Assembly (NCBI GenBank): GCA_963666285.1
Contig: OY762711.1
DNA length: 64,000 nucleotides
From: Sedimentisphaerales bacterium
GTDB taxonomy: Bacteria; Planctomycetota; Phycisphaerae; Sedimentisphaerales; SM23-30
Reading direction: 5' to 3' (one strand)
Under the pieces are notes generated by a model, which was not told where the DNA came from, made no database searches, and worked only from the letters and a program-made list of their open reading frames with translations. Shown piece by piece: positions 53,601 through 61,350 of this stretch; position 1 is the stretch's first letter; each line of letters begins with the position of its first letter. The position numbers and the translations under genes are program-made.

Positions 53601-54353
53601 GGCTATAGCGACGACAGCCAGCTGGAAATATCGCCCAGCGCCGAGCGTATCGAGCAGCTGGACTCTAACAGCTTCAAGTTGTTTATCAACTGGCGGATCG
53701 ACCGGCCCGGCCCCAAAGATGCCAGGGTATTCCTGCACTTTACCGACCGTTCCAGCAACCATAAGGAAGACATTGTCTTCCAGGGCGACTTCTCACCTTC
53801 GGTCCCGATAGCTAATTGGTCCGGCTCAGTTACTACCGGCGCAAACCGTATCATCCATATCCCGGCTGATATCCAGCCCGGCGAATACAACGTTCTCGTT
53901 GGCATGTGGAGCCCCAAAGAAGGACGACGGTTCAGGCTCAGAGGTGAAAATACCGGCGGCAACAGATACCTCATCGCCACACTGACCGTCGAAAAAAATG
54001 ATAATGATATCGCCACCCTGAAACTCAAACCGCACCGGCTGCAGCTCCAAAAGCCGTGGGGCAATATCGCCCGCACCCCGGTCAATTTCGGCCGGGCAGC
54101 AACTTCCGGCGCGTTCCGTTGCGAACTCAACGGCGATAAACTCCGTATCATCCCGCTGCCCGATCTCGACCCGTTCGAGATCACGCTCGATCTGCCGGCT
54201 GTCTTCCGCAAAACCGCCGTTCCGGTTTCCTTAACCGCTGTCACGCCCGACGGCAAATCCATTGGCACTGTTAACTACACAATTACCAATAACCGCCTGA
54301 CCTTCCAGGCCAAACCTGGAACCTTCGCCTACGAACTAAACTTTAAACCATAA
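50694..54353 (+). CDS. Large secreted putative glycoside hydrolase (DUF5696/GH101-like core with CBM-like modules)
   Basis: Signal peptide; SSDGVTF module; HVWQ.WGYD.RLPD, LHDNYID.Y, YFIDVF, SE. Confidence 0.55.
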   Translation: MTRKIISMFVVLIAVISTVSAFNGHNVTEGPLTIEIAPVPDIQKYNEPVTITVCLANSSGDSLEVNLLLNGLVDETIALGRTRKTITIPANGKTDCDFSIAFGTGAFSALYPVHIFADFNAEGSDHHAHAVRIVQTDFINQDSPAVEQTLSPVIVSDNGSVNLLSSSSRRVIWQYIDGPQNIMPVNWSGSDQTSGTFAAVENVFRGEFKPALTVHPPWRTRPGTAFIEFRVKLPDTRPLTLTFANAIRDSHEPEPSSDGVTFCVWADSDKIFDRHTDSKSWLPAVVDLSQYAGHEISLKLESHPGPKNDTTCDSSYWAQPMIISGSLPVIKSAQQWQQQRQLAAELIAGKTHQAPNEMSFPLADNYHAAVVLGPNGLLDASIAIGTTDKFVIFDGLDLAILKQQIGKSFSGIKLLKFNLSRLPDNTVQVDHLLSINGKSATLTVSLSPAQTGLKISCECSERITDFALGSADQIADRIYYGHGYCIEKPKPFRAGFGGHNLSTSYVGFDFASGISLVTASDNPPDCLVVNPAAKTYALHTHMNAALTLVPGIGGAFDAALRYRPLYDKKPASAFNRKAGRFVFDIWGGRYADNARAMQKLIDYGLTDSMLTLHVWQWWGYDYRLPDIYPPNPDLGSLADLQALSELCRSHNIPWGLHDNYIDFYPDADDYSYDHIAFTESGQPVKAWINEGRDAQSYRWRPDRIMPFVKRNLDLIKPNLRPDHYFIDVFTSIDCFDFYDRSGAFHSFLETRKCWGEAFSWIRDYLGGSAIMTSEAGDDLLVGYIEGSDCQFLSLSDSPRNFSIHLPCENWERVPWYDVVLHDRFSLHGVGYSGRYQGGRDRQDHGIQSDDYISAELLTGHALMTDIEAFGRDAIRKYYLAQDFIRSIAADTIKSVEFIDDDIHHQKITWNSNAVVYVNRSDKPWHIAGKTLPTFGYYAQSGPIRSSIETIDNIVVEQSSTAGHFYVNARGYSDDSQLEISPSAERIEQLDSNSFKLFINWRIDRPGPKDARVFLHFTDRSSNHKEDIVFQGDFSPSVPIANWSGSVTTGANRIIHIPADIQPGEYNVLVGMWSPKEGRRFRLRGENTGGNRYLIATLTVEKNDNDIATLKLKPHRLQLQKPWGNIARTPVNFGRAATSGAFRCELNGDKLRIIPLPDLDPFEITLDLPAVFRKTAVPVSLTAVTPDGKSIGTVNYTITNNRLTFQAKPGTFAYELNFKP

Positions 54354-54912
54354 ATATACTTTGCCTTTGCTATTTAAATTTACAATTTACCCTTTTAATC
54401 TCAGCCCCGTAATATAAGGTACAAAAATTCTTCTTCATGCCCTTTACTATCTTCATGGTAAAAGAGATCTTATCTGTGCCAGTCCGTAACCGTCCGTGTT
54501 TGTCCTTTAATCAAAATCTTGAGTGCATAAAATAACGTCCTTGTGATATGGAAGAGTAGATAGTATCCAAACTGTTATTGTTGCTTTGTAGTAAAAAAAG
54601 ATGAGGAATATGCTTGATTGACTGGTTGCAGAGAGGTAGAATAAGAGAAACTGAAAGATTGAATGCAGATTACTATTTTGTGGAGCAAAGGGAATCGGAT
54701 GTGTCTCTTGGTTTTAGCGATTTTTGTCTCATTTTTGCTGACGATATACATTAGCACTTACAAATAACTAAATGTGACCTATGGAATTGCTTATGATGTG
54801 ATAGTTTAAGATTTTGGTTGCTGACAAGGAATTTGAAATCGTGCATATTGGGCTATTTTCAATGTTTTATATTATGCACGTCAGCAGGAAAAAGAAAAAC
54901 TAGCCGCTCAAA

Positions 54913-56274
54913 ATGAATTTTCAGAGTGTGACTAAAATATTTATAGGAAATGTTATGAGGAAGATTTGTCTCAAAAGTATTTTTTGTCTGGTTTCGATAA
55001 TCATGACGACTTCGTTAATTGCTGGCGTACAGGAGGGCATAGCTGCTATCAACGCTGGAGATTATGATGCTGCTTACGCCGAGTTCAGCAAACTTGCAGA
55101 AAACGGTGATTCTAAAGCAATGGTTACAATAGGAACCTGGTATCTAAATGGACAGGGTTTTGAGCAGGATTATTCAAAGGCGATGGTATGGTATTTAAAG
55201 GCATTTGCCGAGAATAACCCAGACTCAATGAATAATATTGGTGTAATGTATCGTGATGGACTGGGGGTTACTCAGGATTTGGAAATTGCCTATGCCCTTT
55301 TTCATCTGACGATAAAAAATACCGATAGTGATGACATTCTGGCTAGAGTTGATCGGAATCTTAATACATTAGATAATATTATTACAAAGGACCAGATAAA
55401 TCGTGCTGAGGTATTATTGAAAGATGGTCTAACAGCTAAGAAATTAAAAGAACATAAAACTGAAAAGTCTGCTGCACGTCAACAGATAAATTTATTACCA
55501 AAGGATATTTTTGATACAATTCCAGATACTTATAAATTAACCAATAATAATGCTCGATCAAAAGTTAATATCGTTTCTGTTTATAACGATTCTTATGAAG
55601 AGATGCCGGGGTTTGTCGGCTTTTCTGGAGAAGCTGTTGAGGATACGAACGGGATAATTATTGATAGTCAGTATATTTGTAAAGACGGTCGCTTTTCTGT
55701 TATAGTGCCGAAGTTGTCTTTTGGTAACATTGTGATACGACAAACGGTATTCAGAGGGGGCGTAGACCATCAGGTTCGTTTTTTTGAAGAAGGCTCAGAC
55801 CCTACGATACCTTGGATAGTTAACAAAAACTATGGCCATGCAGCAGTTAGTACTACAAAACTGCCGAAAGAATGGGAAAATAAAGAAAAGGATGTTTTAA
55901 AGATTATTCAGGAAATGCAGCTTGGATTTGTAATGTCCCTGCCGGAAGATTATTATCGCTGTACATTAATCAGCGGGCAATCGGGCGATGTATTTCAGAC
56001 GGTCGTTCTAAATAGAATTCCTAGTATGATGTACCCTCAGACAGATGTAAAAATATGTCCTCCTCGTGAAGGGTTGAAAACGCTCGGCATAAACAGGTTA
56101 TTCTTTAAGGATTGTGTACTTGTCGAGTTGGCTTTAATTCTTTCCCGACCGGATGATATGCCTGAGGGTGAATTCATAAATGATTGTGTGAACCAAATGG
56201 ATGCCTTTATGAGCGGATTTGAACTTTTAAAGGAGTTGCAGGCAAAACAGTCAACTCATCAAACTGAATATTAA
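54913..56274 (+). CDS. Secreted Sel1-repeat protein
   Basis: Y.NGQG.EQDY.KA..WY.KA and NNIGVMYRDGLGV; start may be 54955. Confidence 0.8.
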   Translation: MNFQSVTKIFIGNVMRKICLKSIFCLVSIIMTTSLIAGVQEGIAAINAGDYDAAYAEFSKLAENGDSKAMVTIGTWYLNGQGFEQDYSKAMVWYLKAFAENNPDSMNNIGVMYRDGLGVTQDLEIAYALFHLTIKNTDSDDILARVDRNLNTLDNIITKDQINRAEVLLKDGLTAKKLKEHKTEKSAARQQINLLPKDIFDTIPDTYKLTNNNARSKVNIVSVYNDSYEEMPGFVGFSGEAVEDTNGIIIDSQYICKDGRFSVIVPKLSFGNIVIRQTVFRGGVDHQVRFFEEGSDPTIPWIVNKNYGHAAVSTTKLPKEWENKEKDVLKIIQEMQLGFVMSLPEDYYRCTLISGQSGDVFQTVVLNRIPSMMYPQTDVKICPPREGLKTLGINRLFFKDCVLVELALILSRPDDMPEGEFINDCVNQMDAFMSGFELLKELQAKQSTHQTEY

Positions 56275-56353
56275 TGGGTATCTGGAAATTAGTTCATCCG
56301 CATTCATCATTGGCTCTGTTTCTCAGCATTTCCATTTCTTCTTCATGCGCTTC

Positions 56354-56599
56354 AGTTTACTTTCGCACTCTTCAAGTTGCAATAAACGCCTAAAAGGGCC
56401 TTCCTGCAACGCTTTAAATTTGCAAGCATTCACAGGTGCGTTATTTGTGTCAGATTCTGTAGCTTATTTCTTTTTACTTATATCTTATTATTGTAACTGT
56501 GTGAACGGTTGCTTAAATTTAAACAAAACGTGAGACGATAGTCGAACACCTTACTTCTTACCTCTTACCTTTTACTTTTTACCTCTTACTTCTTACCTG
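56354..56599 (+). repeat. Repeat family A copy 6 (interrupted) + ACACCTT + TCTTAC(C/T) heptamers
   Basis: Direct match on both sides of the insertion. Confidence 0.88.
56422..56512. mobile_element. 91-bp MITE-like insertion
   Basis: 8-bp direct repeat TTAAATTT (56414-21, 56513-20); TIR 11/13 match; absent from other copies of repeat A. Confidence 0.75.
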
Positions 56600-56622
56600 T
56601 ATCCTCTCTCTTCTCGCTCTGC

Positions 56623-57591
56623 TTACTGCTTGCTCCATATACGCCGGTTAAGGTTCAGCTCTTCGATAATACTCACTGCCAGCATAAGATCATCATAATA
56701 CTTCTCGATCGGCTTGAAACTCAGCAGTGTCTTATACAGGTTCGGCTCAAATATCTCTTCGTCCATTGTTATCGCGACAAAAACAAAGGATGCCGTAAAA
56801 CTCAGCCCGATCTCTTTTCCCGTCTTATACTTATAATTCTTTATCCGCTGCATCAGTGCCGGGCTAAGAATATACCTCGCCTCGATCTGGTCGGTACTAT
56901 AAACCACAAACACACTGTCAAACTCCGGGTCCTCCAGCTTCACCCGCTCCGCCGACGAATCTGCATCTCTCAGAAACTTCAACGGCTTTTTAAAATAATG
57001 GAAACCCGTATTCGGTATCACCAGCGTATAACCGTCGAAGTCCTTATTGAAATCCCCCATGAAATAGATTCCCTTGAATATCGTTCCGATCGGCTTTTCA
57101 TCATCATCTTCATCTCTTGTGCCGACATATTCGGTACACAACTCCGAAAACATAAACTTAGTCTTACCGACCTGCCCTTTTACCAGGTCCTTGCCCCGAT
57201 ATCGGTTATGAACCTCCGGAAACAGCCTGCTTATATTATACAGCGGACTTTCTATATGCTTTTTAGGATAATATTCAAGCTCCGGATCGACAAACTTTAT
57301 TATCCGCTCGATGATATCATCCTTAAAGAATGTGCGGTACGACCCGGCATAATATTTACGCAGCAGAACATAAACACTGCTTATCGCCATTATCGGCAAT
57401 ATCGCACAAAACTTGAACACACCCGTACCAAAAACGCCGATTGCGATAGCTCCTGCTATCGCTGTAACTGTCAGCATCAGGGCATACTTATGCATCTGGC
57501 CCAAAATCGACACCCGGGCATTCTCATACCGTTTCAGGATACCGGCCAGCTCTTTCTCGTAATACTCTTTCAGTTGCTCTTTATTTTTCAC
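56623..57591 (-). CDS. DUF3137-like membrane protein
   Basis: 2 TM; FSEL..TIFKG..DFNK.F..VKLEDPEF..DQIEARYILSPALM. Confidence 0.8.
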   Translation of the reverse strand: MKNKEQLKEYYEKELAGILKRYENARVSILGQMHKYALMLTVTAIAGAIAIGVFGTGVFKFCAILPIMAISSVYVLLRKYYAGSYRTFFKDDIIERIIKFVDPELEYYPKKHIESPLYNISRLFPEVHNRYRGKDLVKGQVGKTKFMFSELCTEYVGTRDEDDDEKPIGTIFKGIYFMGDFNKDFDGYTLVIPNTGFHYFKKPLKFLRDADSSAERVKLEDPEFDSVFVVYSTDQIEARYILSPALMQRIKNYKYKTGKEIGLSFTASFVFVAITMDEEIFEPNLYKTLLSFKPIEKYYDDLMLAVSIIEELNLNRRIWSKQ

Positions 57592-57944
57592 TTCGACCGC
57601 CTGTCATATCTGCTATTACCAAAACCGTCCCAAAACTAAGGACACCTTCTCCCAGCCATTATACCGCAACTTCTCTCCATGCCATACACCTTTTTTCCAT
57701 CCTCTTTGAGGCCAGGTATACAACAAATATACATCTTGTATAATAGGCAGGGTTGGCACAGTCACCACACAACCATTACTATTTCAAAACCGCCAATTCT
57801 CGCGTCAGCTTTAAATTTAATCGTCCGCAAATGCGGAAACCTTCTATCCATTTCATATTTTTTTCGTGAATTTTTGTGTATTTCTATGAAGCCAGAATGC
57901 AACATTAATTTTCTAATTTTATTCATTTTTGCTATAATTCCTTT

Positions 57945-58034
57945 ATCTTGCAAAGGATAGGGCTCTGCTGAGGAGCAACCCGAGCGTTGCAAGTTGTCGA
58001 GAAGCCGGGGCGGTTTTACACCGCCTCGTTTTTT
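57945..58034 (+). ncRNA. Candidate ~90-nt structured sRNA inside the IS right end
   Basis: TGcTATAAT, cttgcaa/ttgcaag stem, GC stem plus T-run terminator. Confidence 0.4.
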
Positions 58035-58094
58035 GCTTTTTGACCTTATGCGATAAACCTATTTAAAACAATTTTCGCGTAGCGAATCATTATT

Positions 58095-58260
58095 TACCTG
58101 ATTGTTTCATCTTTCTATCCGGAGTGTCCGAGGCTGTATTTTACGCCATGGTTCCATTATATATATTGCGATACGGCTTAATTTTCGTGTCAGGTTCAAA
58201 ACCCAAATGCACGACCAAGGTTCCGTATCGATTTCAATCGGGCAAAATCATAGGTAATAT
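58095..58260 (-). ncRNA. Candidate bridge/seekRNA of element 1 (limits approximate)
   Basis: Stem 58169-76/58223-30 encloses segments matching both target halves. Confidence 0.65.
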
Positions 58261-58282
58261 TTATATTTTACTTATATTGGTA

Positions 58283-59329
58283 TCAAACACTTTGCAATTC
58301 AGGCATCTGCCAACTTGTCCCATCTCGCATCATCGCCCACAATCGTACGAACAACCGTCGGGCTGTAGCTACTATCGCTATTTTTGCACGAGTTTTACTT
58401 CCCCTCTTTATTCTTTCGTATGTTTCTTTTATCCATGGATTCCAACGCAAACCCAGCCAGCAAACCTCAACAAGTAATGCTCGCAATAACCTATTGCCAT
58501 ATTTACTTATCCGCCCATGACGGTCTGTATTACCTGATTGGTACTGACGCGGTGTCATACCAATATAGCTGCCAACTTGTTTGCAATTCTTAAATCTATG
58601 TGGATCATCAATATAAGCTGCAACTGCCTCTGCCAGACGTGGGCCAACTCCGGGAACAGTCTGTAATAGTTTTACCTTTTCATCAGTACTATTTAACTCT
58701 TCCAGTTTATCTTCAACTACTTGCAAAGCGTCTGTTAATTGTTCCAGTAATATAAGCTCGCTCCATAGATTGCCTTTCCAGAGCTCATCTGGTTTAACTT
58801 TATCCATTGGCATAGCCATACTTCTTAACTGTTCCAGATTCTGCTTAGACCAGCACTTTCTGCCTGACGGCAACGAATACGCCTGGGCATTTAATAAAGA
58901 ACGAATAGTATTTTTTACCTGAGTTATCCGTTCTGTAAGGCTCTGGCGATAATTAATTAAAGATCGTTTCTCTCGAATTTCCTTTTTAGGAACATAGACA
59001 GTTGATAAATCTCCTAAAGCAGCACGCTTGGCCAGCCAAAATGCATCCTTTTTATCTGTTTTCTTCTTCAATTTTCTGCCAGACCATTCGCCGGTATTAG
59101 TATTTGCCACTTCATATTTTAATTCCAGGGTGTCAAAAAGGTCACAAATCCAGCCTATGATATCACAAGCCTCAAATACAATAAGATCAGCAGGGTGAGA
59201 TACTGCCAGGTCATGAAGCTCTTGAGGGTTAGTCTTAAACGACTTATATATAGCCTTACAGCTTTTTACCTCATAAAAACAAACTACACTCTTGAATTTT
59301 CCTAAATCAATTGACATAATAGTCTTCAT
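58283..59329 (-). CDS. IS110-family DEDD recombinase
   Basis: SIDLGK, FEAC, KTDKKDA, VPGVG, YQSG, ARRL. Confidence 0.95.
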   Translation of the reverse strand: MKTIMSIDLGKFKSVVCFYEVKSCKAIYKSFKTNPQELHDLAVSHPADLIVFEACDIIGWICDLFDTLELKYEVANTNTGEWSGRKLKKKTDKKDAFWLAKRAALGDLSTVYVPKKEIREKRSLINYRQSLTERITQVKNTIRSLLNAQAYSLPSGRKCWSKQNLEQLRSMAMPMDKVKPDELWKGNLWSELILLEQLTDALQVVEDKLEELNSTDEKVKLLQTVPGVGPRLAEAVAAYIDDPHRFKNCKQVGSYIGMTPRQYQSGNTDRHGRISKYGNRLLRALLVEVCWLGLRWNPWIKETYERIKRGSKTRAKIAIVATARRLFVRLWAMMRDGTSWQMPELQSV

Positions 59330-59638
59330 AGCCAGAATACTCCGTATAAAATTGGTTAAATATTTGAGCGTCCCTGTGACAGCTCGTGCTAAAATTATTG
59401 TGTATTATAACACAAGCCATGCTACAGGAATATTCTGGCTTTCATTGTATTTTCGTGGTTCTAAAAAAATATTAAAGTACAAGCGTTCTTATCGAGCTAT
59501 AGCTTTAGCGAAGCCTGAAATGAGTATCCTCTTTATTCTTTGCGATCTTTGCGGCCTTTGCGAGAGACAAATCCTATCAAAACCACTCTGCTTAATATCA
59601 TTCCAATCTCCAACCAAACCAGCATCGTTAAGGACATA

Positions 59639-59723
59639 GTAGTTCAGGCATCCCTGCCTGACAATAAACCAGCCGTCACGCAAGCGACTCCTAATTCCTG
59701 GGAACGCCGAGCACCAGCTCGGC
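59639..59723 (+). repeat. Two REP-like palindromes
   Basis: GTAG-t-tcaggca-tccc-tgcctga; gccgagc-acca-gctcggc. Confidence 0.65.
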
Positions 59724-59828
59724 ATATTCGGCGCCAGCCGATTTAAACTTGGTCACACACCTGTCCTGAGCGAGCGATGCGAGTCGAATAACAGCAATAC
59801 CATCTTTTCTCAGATCTCAGACTTTATT

Positions 59829-60000
59829 TGTCCTATCTGTCCTATATGTCACATGCGTCATATATGTCCTATTTCCTTTTTCCGTCTCTTCAGTTATTTC
59901 AGTAGTAAAGCATTTTCCCGCCCGCACCAGCTTTAAAAAAAGTTGTAAGCCGTTAGGCGAACACCTTAATTTTTCATTTTTCACTATTCATTTTTCATTT
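59829..60000 (+). repeat. TGTCCTAT nonamer tract; hairpin/ACACCTT + TTTTCAT heptamers
   Basis: Direct reading. Confidence 0.7.
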
Positions 60001-60118
60001 AACGAAGCCTCTCTTCTCCCTCCTCGCTTCTAACTCTCTTCATTCGTGAAAATATGAAGAAAAGGCATCCTAAGGTATAATATATACCAAAACAAACTTT
60101 TATACGAAAGGATGCCTC

Positions 60119-61150
60119 ATGAACAACATACATTATATTGGAACAGATTTGCATAGCAACAATATTGAGCTGGCAATTCGTTACAGGCAGAAGGTAATCC
60201 AGAGATATTCTCTGCCGACATCGTTGCCTCCTGTTTTGGAGGTTATAAGCTCCATCAAAGGCAAAAAACAGATGGCAGTAGAGGAAGGCCCCATGGCAGG
60301 CTGGCTTTATCGCGGCGTATTTGGCAAAGTTGACAGGTTTGTAATCGCAGAACCTCGCCGTAACAAGCTGATAAGCTCAGAAGGCGATCATGATGATGAA
60401 ATTGATTCTGCAAAACTTGCAATGCTGCTGGAAGGAGGCCTTTTGAAGGAAGTTTATCATCCTCTAAATAGAGAGCAAGCGGTATTTAAAAAGTGGGTAA
60501 CTCTTTACCATGACAATGTTAAGGATGCAGTAAGAAGTATTAACAAAATCAGAGCCTGTTGTCGTATGGAAGCCATAAGAATACCCAGATATGTAATAAA
60601 AAACCCTGACAAACGTGACAAATGGCTTTCGGAGCTTGAATATACAGACATTGCCGAGCAATTAATGTTGCTGCTTATCGGCTACGATGCAGCTTCCTGC
60701 CAGTGTAGACTTGCCAGGCAAAAAATCATGACTCTAAGTAAATCTTATCCGGTAATTAAGCAATTTCAGGAGCTGCCCGGAGTTGGCATAATACGAGCAG
60801 TAACCTTCCTGGCATATATCGATACGCCATGGAGGTTTAAGAAAAAAAGTCAATTATGGAAATATTGCGGCATTGGACTTGAACGTACAACCAGCGGCAA
60901 AGACAAATATGGCAACTCAAAACCGGCAAAACTTAAATTGCCTTACAACTGTAATCGCACTCTTAAAAATGTAATAATTGGTGCCGCTTTAAGTGCTATC
61001 AGGCAAAAGAATAGTACATATGCCCAGGATTATGAAAGGATGATCTCAAATGGTGTAAATAGATCAAATGCTCGCCATACCGTTGCCAGGAAAATACTGA
61101 CAACTATGTGGGGGATTTGGAAAAGCAGCTTTCAGTATAATACGGATTAA
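60119..61150 (+). CDS. IS110-family DEDD recombinase
   Basis: GTDLH, VEEG, DDEID, LPGVG, TSG, ARKI. Confidence 0.93.
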   Translation: MNNIHYIGTDLHSNNIELAIRYRQKVIQRYSLPTSLPPVLEVISSIKGKKQMAVEEGPMAGWLYRGVFGKVDRFVIAEPRRNKLISSEGDHDDEIDSAKLAMLLEGGLLKEVYHPLNREQAVFKKWVTLYHDNVKDAVRSINKIRACCRMEAIRIPRYVIKNPDKRDKWLSELEYTDIAEQLMLLLIGYDAASCQCRLARQKIMTLSKSYPVIKQFQELPGVGIIRAVTFLAYIDTPWRFKKKSQLWKYCGIGLERTTSGKDKYGNSKPAKLKLPYNCNRTLKNVIIGAALSAIRQKNSTYAQDYERMISNGVNRSNARHTVARKILTTMWGIWKSSFQYNTD

Positions 61151-61204
61151 GATATCGTAATTTATACTCTTTCAAAATATTATGATTTTCTAATAGTCTT
61201 TTTG

Positions 61205-61350
61205 CATAACAGCAAAGAGTTCCGTTTCAACCACTGGACAGGCAAGAACTTGAACCCGATTCGTGAATGAACCTTTGCTTTTAGACGTGCCTCTTTTCTT
61301 TTTATGAACTGCCCAAAGGGCATGTTCCCAATAGATGGTTGGCAGCATAA
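61205..61350 (+). ncRNA. Candidate bridge/seekRNA of element 2 (limits approximate)
   Basis: Two stem-loops with segments matching the target (aaccac, attcgtg) and the donor end (atagatg). Confidence 0.65.

Larger units (their letters stand above)
57884..59452 (-). mobile_element. IS110-family (IS1111-type) element 1
   Basis: Sub-terminal IRs atgaa(a)gccagaat; tgtattt at both junctions; ~400-bp downstream non-coding region. Confidence 0.85.

Noticed and set aside
1569..56552. Repeat family A as a CRISPR array
   Set aside because: Copies are kilobases apart, with no regular spacers and no cas genes
30306..56552. Repeat family A as integron attC sites
   Set aside because: No consistent RYYYAAC/GTTRRRY ends, flanking genes are in mixed orientation and include housekeeping genes, no integrase
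58133..58147. tgtattt at 58135 as a donor guide of element 1
   Set aside because: Wrong orientation for the observed guide geometry and it lies in a local hairpin
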